A stretch of 64,000 nucleotides of DNA from Macrostomum lignano (Eukaryota): the NCBI GenBank assembly GCA_002269645.1, contig NIVC01001525.1, positions 186,001 to 250,000 on the forward strand. The letters are read 5' to 3'. Made by a program: the position numbers and the translations under genes. Numbering within the stretch: position 1 is the stretch's first letter; each line of letters begins with the position of its first letter. The notes beneath the pieces are model-generated. The model had not been told where the DNA came from and did no database searches. It saw nothing but the letters and a program-made list of their open reading frames with translations. Shown here one piece after another: positions 1 through 12,884 of the stretch.

Positions 1-782
1 AAGTTCTTTTCAGTCAAAGAAAAACAGAGCCCACAGGGCTATGAATAACCATGCCCGATCAAACTACTGATTAGGACATTACGACGAATATAACGCGATG
101 TTTTTCGTTTTCTAAACACCGGTTATATTCTGCCATCAGACAGCGCTGGAACAAGCGACAACAACCGGAGATGCTTTTCTTTGACTTTGCCTTTTTGGGC
201 TTCCAGTTCACGTATATTTATGAGCTTCCACAATTTCATCCCCTGCCGCCGATGAGGTGGGCAACCGCTTTCCTAACGACGGCGGGGTTTACACAAACAG
301 CGTATGCAATTTAAACAACACTAGGCATGCCCGTAACTACGGGGGCGAGGGCTAGACGGTTAGACTTAATGGATTACTCTGGTTGCGTTAGAGCATCTGA
401 GGGAGCTCAGTTCACTGTCCTTCTGTGCGGGATGGCCCACGCATCCACCCCTCGGTTGCTACGCCAGGTTGGGGTTGGGCTGTCCACGGCTCCTCCCCAG
501 GAGCGGCCTCCGCGCCGGGCTCATTAAGAATTATCCGGCCGTGCGTCTCCGCCTGTCAACCGTCCAGGTCAAATTGCCGCCTCGCCTTTAATGTATGGCT
601 GAAATGGATGGGATCTGCTGTAGCTTTGCCATGCGCTGCGTGTGCTATTGTAGGCTCAGCCTATTTGCCTCTTTCTATTGTTTTTGCTTAGTTTCTAAAC
701 CCTATAACGAGACAGCAACTTCGCTCATTTAATTAGAATAAGCAATTTTCTAAGTTCGTGCCTGTAAATCCCACAACGCCAG

Positions 783-1054
783 GCCTGGAGTGGCTGCACG
801 CCCGGACCAGCGCTCAGCCCAACAGCAACCGGTTCCGCGTCGACCTGCTGTACTGGAATGACACCTACATCTACGCCTACTACCTGAACGTGCTCATTCT
901 GGCCGAGAGCACCAACTACACGGTGTCTAACTTTACGTACGCACCTGCTGGTGGTCTTAGAGACTGTCTGTTCCAAGAGTTTAACAGCCAGTTCGTCACC
1001 CGAGATCGCGGATGGAGCAACTGCCCACACAAAACAGCGATCGCGATGTTTTGA
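783..1054 (+). CDS. Probable exon encoding part of a fibrinogen-related domain (FReD), partial
   Basis: Translation GLEWLHARTS..RFRVDLLYWNDTYIYAYY..ESTNYTV..GGLRDCL..FVTRDR..NC follows the FReD pattern (GLEnlH.LT..LRVDL.dw.g...yA.Y....esenY.L......gDsl....FsT.DrDnd.C). A candidate acceptor cag precedes 783. Similarity judged by eye. Confidence 0.55.
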
Positions 1055-1461
1055 GTAGGGGCGCAGACACTGATAGCCAAAAGCATTAAACTAGATAGGT
1101 GTTAGGCAACTCTCGGGGGTGGCAGAGTGGGGATTTATCGCATTGGTTGAATTAGATGTGGCTCTCCTCTTTCCTAGGTCTCTGTCCCCCACAGCACTTT
1201 CGGTCCCTTCCCTTCCCAACAGGTACATTCTGTTCATCCTCGCGGGATGTCCGGTCTCTCCAGGTTGTTCTCCGCAGGCCTGCCCTCCGATCCGGTTTTG
1301 GGCGGTCTGCACCTCTGGGCTGGCTTAAATAAGGGAATAATCGATCGTTGCTCATGCTAGCGACCATTTGCTCTTTCATGTGCTGCTTTAATCCTCAGGT
1401 TGCTGTGGGGCTCTCTAATTTCTATTCTCATTTCTAACTCTTATAATAAGCTTCTTCTACA

Positions 1462-3549
1462 ACAACAACAACAAAATACGCTGTCATGATGGTAAAAGTC
1501 AGCGTCACAGGGCGCGCTTCATGGCTTGGGCGCGAACAAAGGCCGCGCCACCGGCAGTGTCCGGGGCGCCGGCGTCAGCCAGCAGACAGTCGACATAACG
1601 CCGAGTTCGCGCTTGACCTCGCCGGTAGGGTGCCTGCAGCGTGAGCAGCAGCACCTCCTGCACCGGCTGTGGGCAGTACGACTCGGCGCGGATGAGATGG
1701 CCTGCGAGCTGGAGTCGCCGACGGCGCAGTAGATCACTTGGACGTGGCAGGCCAGCGCGGCGATAGAGTGCCGCGTTGGTGACTCGCTCGACGCCGATGT
1801 TGAAGGCGGCGCGCAGCAGACCAGCGTGCGCCGCATCGACTTGCTGTTCGAGTGAGTCCGTCAGCGTCCAGGTCTCGGCGTTGTACAGCAGGACGGTCTC
1901 GATTACCGCCTGGAACAGCGCCGCCCTCTGGCGGTCCGGTAGGGCCTCGGACTGCAGGACTGCCCTCACAGAACAAAAGGCAGCCCAGGCAAGCCCGCGG
2001 CGGCGTCGCAGGTCCTCGCGAGCGTCTGGAACCAGACCGCCGAGGTAGACGAACTGCTGACATCGCGGGAGTTCGGTGGCCTGCCCGTCAGCGCCTCGGC
2101 AAAATATTGCAGCCTCGATGTCGTCCGGCACGCAGAGCACAACGGTCTTCTGCGTGTTGACCACCAGGCCGACACTCGCCGCAACGGCAACCAGCCTGTC
2201 CAGCTGCCGTTGGGCGCCCTCGACGGTCGAGGACAGCAGGGCGAGGTCGTAGGCGTAGCCAAGCACGCTGAGCCGCTTCTCCGGTTGACGTCGACCCACG
2301 CGTCGCTCCAGCAGAAAACCGTCGTCGTCGGTAGGAAGAGCAGTCCGCAGCACCCAGTCAAGCACCAGGACGAACAGGAACGGCGCCAGCGTATCTCCCT
2401 GAAGCACTCCGGAGGATGTCTCAAAGGAGTCCATCCGTCCGGTGTTGTCACAGCAGCTGTCGTATCACGGTACATCGCCATGATGGCGGAGATCAGCTGC
2501 TCAGGCACGTTGTACGCGCGGAGCACCATTGGAAGCACGGCTCTGACAACCGAGTCGAATGCCTTCTTGAAATCAATAAAGATTAAAATCAGGATCGACT
2601 GACGAATCCGCGCCTCCTCGATGACTCGGCGAAGAGCCAGGATCTGCGCCACTGTGCCGCGATGGGGCCGGAACCCGTTCTGCTCTGGGCGCAGGTACGG
2701 ATCCAGCACGGGCTGCAACCGCGAAAGCAGCATCCGGTTGAACAGCTTCGCTGCACAGGACTGAAGGCAGATGCCTCGATGGTCTTCAAGCCTAGTGGTG
2801 CCCGGCTTCTTTGGAACAGCGACGATGTGCGCCGTGGTCCATTCGTTGGGCGCCGCCTCACCGAAGAGCACGCGGTTCATCACTCTGGCGACCTCAGCGG
2901 CCACACAGGGGATGCGCAGCGCCTCGATGGGCACCTCGTCCGGACCCAGCGCTTTCCCGCCCGGTGACTGCTGGGCGAGCTTGACAACGTCGGCTGCGTT
3001 GACTGGGGCTACGCTGAAACTCTCCTCTGCCGGCAGCGGCGTCTCCGGCGGCAGCGTCAGACTGTCTGGCAGCGGGGGTGGCGGCGCGTTGACGATGGCG
3101 GCGAAGAACTCGCGCAGCTCGTTCCTACGCTCGTCCGGCGTGTCACCAGCCAGGTTCAGCGGATTGCGCCGCTTTCTTCCCGTCAGAGCGTTGATGGCGG
3201 ACCAGGCCACGCGCCCTCTGGCATCGGGCCCAGCGGCAGAGACAGCCTGAATGGCGTCATCGACAGCCGCTTGTTGGCGCTGCAGGTAGACAGCTGCCAG
3301 AGCTGCCTCTGCCTCGCGGGTTGGTCGCCTGCTCAAGCGGAGCTTCTCCAGATCTTCCCTCGCTGCCTGAATCGCAGGGTCGTCCTGCCAGACCGGCTGC
3401 CCACGTTGAGCCGGTTGCATCATCGGGACTGCTTGCTCCGCGGCGGTTCTGACTGCAGCGCACACTATCGCATACTCGGCACTTCCACGCTTGTCGCCCA
3501 GCGCGGTGTTAAAGGCGCTAGCAAAGCGACGCTGCACTTCTTCAAAGCA
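1462..3549 (-). mobile_element. 5'-truncated RTE-type non-LTR retrotransposon
   Basis: 14-bp TSD AAGCTTCTTCTACA at 1448-1461 and 3550-3563; (TTG)n 3' tail on the minus strand; RT coding region; the empty site is present in the paralogous segment near 60367-60380. Confidence 0.92.
1505..3537 (-). pseudogene. Reverse transcriptase of the LINE, frameshifted near 2434, endonuclease missing
   Basis: Motifs QNGFR, FIDFKKAFDSV and GVLQGDTLAPFLF lie in two frames; the YADD motif reads YAYD. Confidence 0.88.
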
Positions 3550-4635
3550 AAGCTTCTTCTACATTACATGCTGAGTGCTTTGGCAGTACATAATTTAAAA
3601 CCAGTACAAACTACAATATTAATAATACGCATAAAACTTGATATTTTAACCACGTTAAAACTGAAATTTTGTTCTGTCACTGCACGCAGTGTTAGCAGCT
3701 GCAGGTGCTCTCGCAGGGATTTCAGGTGCGCGGCTCTGTCGGCCGACTTGTCAGACACTTTTCAGACACTCACACCCCACTAATCGAGTTCAAGGATAAA
3801 ATGAAACTATTTAAAATGTTCTTCAACCTAGAAACCAGAATATATAGGACAATAATCTATAAAGGAGCTTGTGTATGTATATTTTACGTTACAAATCATG
3901 TTTTAACTCATGGTAATCCGTTTGAAGTTTATGAGAATTAAAAAGTCGTTTCAGTGAAGAAAGAAACACACGTGCATTATTATAAAGACGGTGACAGGTG
4001 TGTGTACCACATTTCACAATGAGTTATAGTGAACTAAATCTTTGATGCATTGTTTCGATAGACATTGTGTAGTGTGAGTCTGCTCGCGGCTGCTCTCGAT
4101 CTATACTTTACGACTATCTATGTGTACATCTGTTTAACATCAAAATGTATTTCTGTTGTACTTCCGCTCAGAAAACAAAAAGAATGAGAACTTCATTATT
4201 TGGCAACAAGAAGCCATTATTTAACAAACTCACAGAGCTCATGTCGGAAGCCACCAACCAAAAGTACAAAATCATAGTCAATATGACAGGAATTCAACCC
4301 TTGGAGAAGCGATAAAATTTGAAGAAAATATTACCTCATTGATTTTACCTCGTTGACGCACAATCTCGTTGATAATAGCTGTAAGCAGCGAGGGAGTGGC
4401 AGAAGCGTTAGAAGTTACATGTAGAAGAAGCGACGTAGTAGTAGCTTTTGGAGTTGGAAATTCTGAATTGCAGTTCTTGACAATCGTCTCCCTCCAGTGA
4501 ACCTTCCCCGGATGCTCTGGCTTATGCCAGCTGAATGCACCGCCTTGCATCCTTGCAGCTGCACCAACTCATCCAAGAGAGCCGCTTCAAACGGATTGAA
4601 GCTGCCCTACCGCCCGCCACCCTTTATTAGAGTGC

Positions 4636-4822
4636 TTTATTAGAGGCAAGGGGTTGTGTGCACCCTGGCGCACTTTAAGCCACATTGGAACACAACCGGC
4701 GAGAGGCATTACTGCCCATTCCGCCGACTCCCCTGAGCAGGCATACAAGCGCGCGGATACGTGCGCAGGCACACACTCACACAGGAGTGTACAGCGGCCC
4801 TAACTTTATTTATCGTTAGGCA
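4636..4822 (-). mobile_element. SINE 3' half (5' half at 22077-22203), split by the Helitron insertion
   Basis: Joining 4822 to 22077 restores ttaggcA|Tgtacac, matching the uninterrupted copies at 45970-46312 and 61297-61615. Confidence 0.85.
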
Positions 4823-4967
4823 CTAGCAATCTTCGCCCCCCGATGGGGGACATCTGGATAGAATCTCTGTTCTCTACAAGTAACAAAAAAACAGCCAAAA
4901 ATCCTTCAAAAAGACAACAGACAAACTGCTCAAATGAAGTGCATTGCAAAAAGAAATCATCCGAAGA

Positions 4968-5405
4968 CCGCAAGCATCCCCCAGATAGCAAGCATCCCCC
5001 AGATAGCAAGCATCCCCAAGATAGCAAGCATCCCCAGATAGCAAGCATCCCCAAGATAGCAAGCATCCCTCAGATAGCAAGCGTCCCCCAGATAGCAAGC
5101 ATCCCCCAGATAGCAAGCATCCCTCAGATAGCAAGCATCCCCCAGATTTCAAGCATCCCCAAGATAGCAAGCATCCCCCGGATAGCAAGCATCCCCCAGA
5201 GAGCAAGCATCCCCCAGATAGCAAGCATCCCTCAGATAGCAAGCATCCCCAGATAGCAAGCATCCCCCAGATAGCAAGCATCCCTCAGATAGCAAGCATC
5301 CCCCAGATAGCAAGCATCCCCCAGATAGCAAGCATCCCCCAGATAGCAAGCATCCCCAGATAGCAAGCATCCCCAAGATAGATAGCATCCCCAAATAGTA
5401 AGCAT
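4968..5405. repeat. 18-bp minisatellite (AGATAGCAAGCATCCCCC)n
   Basis: Direct tandem repeats, about 24 units. Confidence 0.95.
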
Positions 5406-5499
5406 CCACCAGACAATAAGTAGCTAGTGCGACAATTTCCTTAGCATTATAGCGGCTCCTTTAAAATTCGCTTACTTTTACGTTTGAAATTGTGTATCT

Positions 5500-8420
5500 T
5501 TTATGTTTAACAGGGTGGCTCTTTTATGTTATACATTGTGGCTCTTTTATGTTATACATTGTGGCTCTTTTTTGTTCTACGCTCGTACATGGTAACTCTT
5601 TTATGTTTGATACGGTGGCTTTTCAATGTCTGACATGGTGGCTCTTCTATGTTTGACATGGGGGCTCTTCTATGTTTGACATGGGGGCTCTTCTATGTTT
5701 GACATGGGAGCTCTTCTATGTTTGACAAAGTGGCTTTTTAATGTTTGACATGGTGGCTCTATTATGTTTGACATGGTGGCTCTATTATGTTTGACATGGT
5801 GGCTCTTTAATGTTCAAAAAGTTGGCTCTTTTATGTTTGACATGGTGGCTCTTTAATGTTTGACATGGTGGCTCTTTAATGTTTGACATGGTGGCTCTTT
5901 AATGTTAGACAAAGTAGCTCTTTAATGTTTGACATGATGGCTCTTAAATGTTAGACATGGTGGCTCTTAACTTTTTGACATGGTGGCTCTTTAATGTTGG
6001 ACATGGTGGCTTTTTAATGTTAGACATGGTGGCTCTTTAATGTTCGACATAAAGTCACTTATATGTTTGACATGGTGGCTCTTTAATGTTTGACATGGTA
6101 GCTCTTTTATGTTCGACATGGTGGCTCTTTTATGTTCGACATGGTGTCGCTTTAATGTTCGACATGGTGTCGCTTCAATGTTCGACATGGAGTTACGTAT
6201 ATGTTTTACATGGTGACTCTTTTATGTTCGACATGGTGGCTCTTTAATGTTTGACATGGGGTCTCTTCAATGTTTGACATGGAGTTACGTATATGTTTGA
6301 CAAGGTGGCTCTTTAATGTTTTACATGGTGGCACTTTCATGTTTGACCTGGTGGCTCTTTAATATTTGACATGGTGGCTCTTTTATGTTTGACATGGTGG
6401 CTCTTTTATCTTTGACATGGTGGCTCTGTAATGTTCGACATGGAGTCATGTATATGTTTCACATGGTAGCTCTTAAATGTTCGACATGGTGGCTCTTTAA
6501 TGTTCAACATGGAGTCATGTATATGTTTGACATGGTGGCTCTTAAATGTTCGACATAGTGGCTCTATAATGTTTGACATGGTGGCTCTTTAATGTTCGAC
6601 ATGGCGTCATGTATATGTTTGACATGGTAGCTCTTGAATGTTCAACATGGAGTCATGTATATGTTTGACATGGTGGCTCTTAAATGTTCGACATGGTGGC
6701 TCTTTAATGTTTGACATAGTGTCTCTTTACTGTTTGACATGGAGTCATGTATATGTTTGACATGGTGGCTCTTTAATGTTAGACATGGTGGCTCTTTTAT
6801 GTTTTGCATGGTGGCTCTTTTATGTTCGACATGGTGTCTCTTCAATGTTTGACATGGCGTCATGTATATGTTTGACATGGATGCTCTTGTATTTTTAACA
6901 TGTTGACTCTTTAATTTTCGAAATGGTGGCTCTTAATTGTCTAACATGGAGTCACGTATATGTTTGACATGGAGTCATGCATATGCCTGATATGGTAGCT
7001 CTTTAATGTTTTACATGGAGTCACGTATATGTTTCACATGTTGGGTATTTTATGTTTGACATGGTGGTTCTTAAATGTTCGACATGGTGGCTCTTTAATG
7101 TTTGACATGGTGGCTCTTTAATATTTGACATGGTGGCCCTTTTATGTTCGACATGGTGGCTCTTCAATGTTTGACATGGAGTCACGTATATGTTTTACAT
7201 GGTGGCTCTTTTATGTTCGACATGGCGTCATGTATATGTTTGACATGGTAGCTCTTGAATGTTCAACATGGAGTCATGTATATTTTTGACATGGTAGCTC
7301 TTGAATGTTCAACATGGAGTCATGTATATGTTTGACATGGTGGCTCTTAAATGTTCGACATGGTGGCTCTTTAATGTTAGACATAGTGTCTCTTTAATGT
7401 TTTGCATGGTGGCTCTTTTATGTTCGACATGGTGTCTCTTCAATGTTTGACATGGAGTCATGTATATGTTTGACATGGTGGCTCTTGTATTTTTAACATG
7501 TTGGCTCTTTAATGTTCGACATGGTGGCTCTTTAATGTCTAACATGGAGTCACGTATATGTTTGACATGGAGTCATGTATATGTCTGATATGGTAGCTCT
7601 TTAATGTTTTACATGAAGTCACGTATATGTTTCACATGGTGGCTATTTTATGTTTGACATGGTGGTTCTTGAATGTTCGACATGGTGGCTCTTTAATGTG
7701 TTACATGGTGGCACTTTCATGTTTGACCTGGTGGCTCTTTAATGTTTGACATAGTGTCTCTTTCATGTTTGACATGGAGTCATGTATATGTTTGACATGG
7801 TAGCTCTTGAATGTTCGACATAGAGTCATGTATATGTCTGCCATGGTGGCTCTTTAATGTTAGACATGGTGGCACTTTCATGTTTGACCTGGTGGCTCTT
7901 TAATGTTTGACATGGTGGCTCTTTAATATTTGACATGGTGGCCCTTTAATATTTGACATGGTGGCCCTTTAATGTTCGACATGGTGGCTCTTCAATGTTC
8001 GACATGGAGTCATGTATATGTTTGACCTGGTTGCTCTTTAATGTTTGACATGGTGGCTCTTTAATGTTCGACATGGTGGCTCTTTTAGGGTTGAAATGGT
8101 GGCTCTTTAATGTTTGACATGGTGGCTCTTTAATGTTCGACATGGTGGCTCTTTTATGTTCGACATGGCGTCATGTATATGTTTGACATGGTAGCTCTTG
8201 AATGTTCAACGTGGAGTCATGTATATGTTGGACATGGTGGCTCTTTAATGTTCGACATGGTGGCTCTTTAATGGTCGACATGGTGGCTCTTTAATGTTCG
8301 ACATGGTAGCTCTTTAATGTTCGACATGGTGGCTCTTTAATGGTCGACATGGTGGCTCTTTAATGGTCGACATGGTGGCTCTTTAATGTTTGACATGGTG
8401 GCTCTTTAATGTTTGACATT
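5500..8420. repeat. 23-bp minisatellite (GGTGGCTCTTTAATGTTTGACAT)n
   Basis: About 2.9 kb of tandem variant units, without spacers. Confidence 0.95.
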
Positions 8421-8486
8421 GTGCTTTTTTGTGTTTAGCATTTTGTGTTTTTAAGATTTTTGAATAAAAAAATCTTTTTGCACTAC

Positions 8487-8546
8487 TAAGATTCGAACCC
8501 AGGTCGCAGCATTAGCAGTCCAGTCTGTTCGCATCTATGCTATCTC
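8487..8546 (-). pseudogene. Degenerate tRNA-like segment in Helitron unit B (duplicate at about 16739-16798)
   Basis: GGACTGCTAAT (tRNA-Ser GCT anticodon-loop-like) and B-box GGTTCGAATC; no acceptor stem. Confidence 0.5.
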
Positions 8547-10719
8547 TTGTCTTGAATTGTGGCCCTTATAATTTAATTCTTATAGCAAATCGGTTAGAGT
8601 AAAAAGTTATGACATAATCAATTTCTCAGTCAGCCAGTATCAGTGTCAATTTAAGTTAGCAATATTGTTACGCAATTTAAATCAAGTTTTGTGTGCATTT
8701 GTTCGGCACTGTTTTCAACTGGTTGTGATGTAATCTTTATCACAATTGGAATTCAGTCAGTCAGTTTTTTTTCTAGCATTCTTACAATGCATTTCAGGTC
8801 GAAAGAGCTGCTTGACCTTTGCAAAAAAGCATGTTTTTCGAATATTTAATCTCTTTAAAATTGAGCAATTTCTTAGCCAAGATGCATGTACCGTCCCAGG
8901 AAAATTTCTGATCGAATGGTGCAAGTTTGAAGAAAATCGGTTGAGCCATTTTTTCTGAAATCTATCGCATACCTACCTACCTACCCACAGACAACTCATT
9001 TTTAGTATATAGGACTAGCCAATTCCAACCCCCGTTGGGGCTTTCCGTCCAAACTCCAACCACAGTTTTCCCCATCCACAAAATCCCCGATGCAAAGAAT
9101 CTCACATGCAAAGAATCCCCCATCCAAAGAACCCCCATCGATAGAATCACCGATCCGAATAATTCCCCATTCAATGAATCCCCTACTCAAGAAATCCCCA
9201 ATCTAAAGAAGCCCCCTATCTAAAAAATCCCCATCCAAAGAATCCCTCATCCACAGAATCCAAATATAAAGAATCCTCCATCCATCCCTATCCAAAGAAT
9301 TTCCTCATTCATTCCTATCCAAAGAATTTCCTCATTCATTCCTACCTAAAGAATCCCCATCCATCCATATCCAAAGAATCCCCCCCAATGAATCCCCGTC
9401 CAAATAATTCACATCATAATCCCCATCTAAATAATCCATAGATCTCCCATCTAAATAATCCGCCATCAAAGAAATAATTGGCCAAAGAATTCCCTCGTCT
9501 AAAGAACCCCGTCCGAATAACCCCCATCCAACGAATCCAAAGAATCTCCCATCCAAATAATCCCCCTATTAATAGAATTCTTGGCCAAAGAACCCCCTCA
9601 TCTAAAGAACCCCCGTCCAAATAACCCCCATCTAACGAATCCTTCATCTAAAGAATCAACCATTCGAAAAACCCTCCATCGAAACAATGCCCCATCAAAA
9701 GAATTCCCTTATGAATCACCTATCCAAAGATATCTATTAAAAGCATCCCTCATCCAAAGAATCATCAATCCATAGAATTCCCCCCAAGACTTAACATCTC
9801 AGCAATTCCCCCAAGCCTCGACACCTCAGAAAATTCCCCCAAGCCTTGAAATCCTACCAATTTCTCCCCGTCCGAAGCCTTGACATCTCAGCAGTCCTAC
9901 AAGTAAGCCTCTATATCTCAGTTATTCCCTGAGTAAGCCTTTATATCTCAGTAACTCCCCTTGTAAGTCTTGACATCTTAGCAATTTCTCCCCGTCCAAA
10001 GCCTTGACATCTCAGCGATTCCCCCAAAGCCTTGACATCTCAGCAGTTCCCCATTAAGCCTTGAAATCTCAGCTATTCCCCTCCCCAAGAGTTGACATCT
10101 TATAAATTTCCCCTTAAGCCTTGACATCTCAGCGATCCCCCACAAGCCTTGCATCTCAGCAAGTCCCTCTTAAGCCTTCACATCTTATTAATTCCCCTAG
10201 GTAAGATTTTATACATGTATTTCAATAATTCCTCCTGTAAATCTTGACATCTTAGAATTCTCTTCCGAGCAAGCATCCCCCCCCCAAGAGCAAGCGTCCT
10301 TCCGATAGCAAGCATCCCCTGATAGAAAGTACTCCCACCAAGATTAGTGAAACAATTTCCTCAGCTAGCCAATTCCAACCCCCGTTGGGGCTATTCGTCC
10401 AAACTCCAACCACAGTTTTTCCACGCAATAAAATTTCACCCAACTGAATCTCAAATTTAAAGAATCCCCCTTCCAAAGAATCCACCACCCATAGAATCCA
10501 CGATACAAAGAATCTCACATGCAAAGAATCCGCCATCCAAAAACCTCCCATCGATAGAATCCCCGATCCGAAGAATTCCCCCTTCAATGAATCCTCCTAT
10601 CTGAATAATTGCCCATCCATAGAATCTCACATGCAGAGAATCCCCATCCAAAGAACCCCCATCGATAGAATCCCCGATCCGAAGAATTCCCCTGCCAATG
10701 AATCCCCCATCGACAGAAT

Positions 10720-11345
10720 CCCCTATCCAAAGAATCCCCCATCCATCCCTATCCAAAGAATCCCCCATCCATCCCTATCCAAAGAATCCCCCATCCATCC
10801 CTATCCAAAGAATCCCCCATCCATCCCTATCCAAAGAATCCCCCATCCATCCCTATCCAAAGAATCCCCCATCCATCCCTATCCAAAGAATCCCCCATCC
10901 AACCGTATCCAAAGAATCCCCCATCCATCCCTATCCAAAGAATCCCCCATCCATCCCTATCCAAAGAATCCCCCCATCCATCCCTATCAAAAGAATCCCC
11001 CCATCCATCCCTATCCAAAGAATCCCCCATCCATCCCTATCTAAAGAATTCCCCATCCATCCCTATCCAAAGAATCCCCCATCCATCCCTATCCAGAATC
11101 CCCCCATCCATCCCTATCCAAAGAATCCCCCATCCATCCCTATCCAAAGAATCCCCCATCCATCCCTATTTAGAATCCCCCATCCATCCCTATCCAAAGA
11201 ATCCCCCATCCATCCCTATCCAAAGAACCCCCATCCATCCCTATCCAGAATCCCTCCATCCATCCCTATCCAAAGAATCCCCATCCATCCCTATCCAAAG
11301 AATCCCCCCATCCATCCCTATCCAAAGAATCCCCCCATCCATAGA
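10720..11345. repeat. 26-bp minisatellite (CCAAAGAATCCCCCATCCATCCCTAT)n; duplicate at about 18970-19600
   Basis: Direct tandem repeats, with degenerate related repeats flanking (9100-12320). Confidence 0.9.
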
Positions 11346-12827
11346 ATCCCGATCAAAATGATCCCCATCCACAGAATCCCGATCAAAATAATGCAAATAT
11401 TCACTCATCCAAATAAATAAATAAACCTCCATCAAAAGAATCATTGAATCATTGAATCTGAATCTGAGTCCCCTCATCTAAAGAACCCCGTCCAAATAAT
11501 CCAAAGAATCATACTCCAAATAATCTCCATCTAAAGAATCCAAAGAATCTCCCATCTAAATAATCCCCAATAAATAAAATCCTAGGCCAAAGAATCCTTC
11601 ATCGAAAGAATCCCCCATCGATGGAATTTCCCAATGAATCACCTATCTAAACATATCCATTAGAAGCAGCCCTCATGGAAGGAATCCCCAATCCACAGAA
11701 TTCCCCCCCCCCAAGACTTGACATCTCAACAATTCCCCCAAGCCTTGACACCTCAGTTCATTCTCTCTTAAGCTTTGATATCTCAGCAATTCGCTCTCAA
11801 GACTTGAAATTTCAGGAATTCCCCCGCCAAGACTTGACATCTCAGCAGTCTCCAAGTAAGCCTTTATATCTCAGTGATTCCCCCCGTAAGTCTTAACATC
11901 TCAGTGATTCCCCCAAGCCTTGACATTTTAGAAATTCCCCCCACGCCAGCAGTTCCCCCATTAAGCCTTTATATCTCAGAAATTCCCCCAAGCCTTAACA
12001 TCTCAGCAATCCCCCACCAAGCCTTGGCGTCTCAGAAAGTCCCTCTTCAGCCTTGAGAGCGAATTGCTGAGATGTCAAAGCTTAAGAGAGAATGAACTGA
12101 GGTGTCAAGGCTCAGTGATTTCCTCAGTAGGTCTTCACAACTTAGCAATTTCTCCCCGTCCAAGGGCCTGACATCTCAGAAATTCCCCCACGCCTTGAAA
12201 CCCCAGCAATTTCCTTTTGGCATCTCAGCAAGTCCCTTTAAGGCTTGATATCTCAGTAATTCCCCAGTAAGTTTGCATATCTGAATAATTCCCCAGTATG
12301 TCTTGACATCTTAGCAATCTCACCCGATCAAGCATGCCCTAAGAGCAAGCGTCCTTTCGATAGCAAGCATCCTGTGGTGTATCGCACACTAAGATGCACT
12401 ATAGTTTATATAAGTTCAAGTTCGTTATTCAATGCCGTTTGTTTGCACTAATCTCCTCTAAGCATTCTATCGCTACAGTTTCTTCTATGGTAATTAACCC
12501 AGCCCAAAGTTGCTAGAGCTCACCTTCTTGATCTCTCTCAAATAAGAAATATAAAGAATCTTAAGCTCATGAGTTAAATACTTCAGTCGGAGTTCAATTC
12601 ACAACACATCCCCTGATAGAAAGTAACCCAAGCAAGACAGTGAAACAATTTACTCAGCTAGTACAATAATTAGTTTCTTATCTAGTGCAATAATCCTTTT
12701 CAAAATTCTAAGTTTAATAAAAAAATTTGAATCTACTACATGAACGCTCGTAGCTTCTTCTTTTTTACCTGATTTACCGGAAGTTTTTTAAAGTTAAAAT
12801 TTTTAATAAAAAAACTTTTACTCTCTA

Positions 12828-12884
12828 AAAATTCGAACCCACGTCGCTGCATTAGCAGTTCAGTCTGTTCACCTCTAGGCCAAC
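12828..12884 (-). pseudogene. tRNA-like segment with A and B boxes in Helitron unit A (duplicate at 21083-21139)
   Basis: TGGCCTAGAGG (A-box-like), CTGAA-CTGCTAA-TGCAG (4/5-bp stem, GCT anticodon) and GGTTCGAAT (B-box-like). Confidence 0.55.

Larger units (their letters stand above)
4823..9014 (-). mobile_element. Helitron unit B (complete, about 4.2 kb)
   Basis: 5' TCCTATATACTAAAAATGAG followed by (GTAG)n; 3' hairpin plus CTAG; contains the 23-bp and 18-bp satellites. Confidence 0.8.

Noticed and set aside
8487-8546. Functional tRNA-Ser genes
   Set aside because: No acceptor stem or variable arm; kept only as tRNA-like relics.
4806-11900. Repetitive ORFs (ASIPQI, MSNIKEPP, PIQRIPHP etc.)
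   Set aside because: Translations of minisatellites, open in several frames and on both strands.
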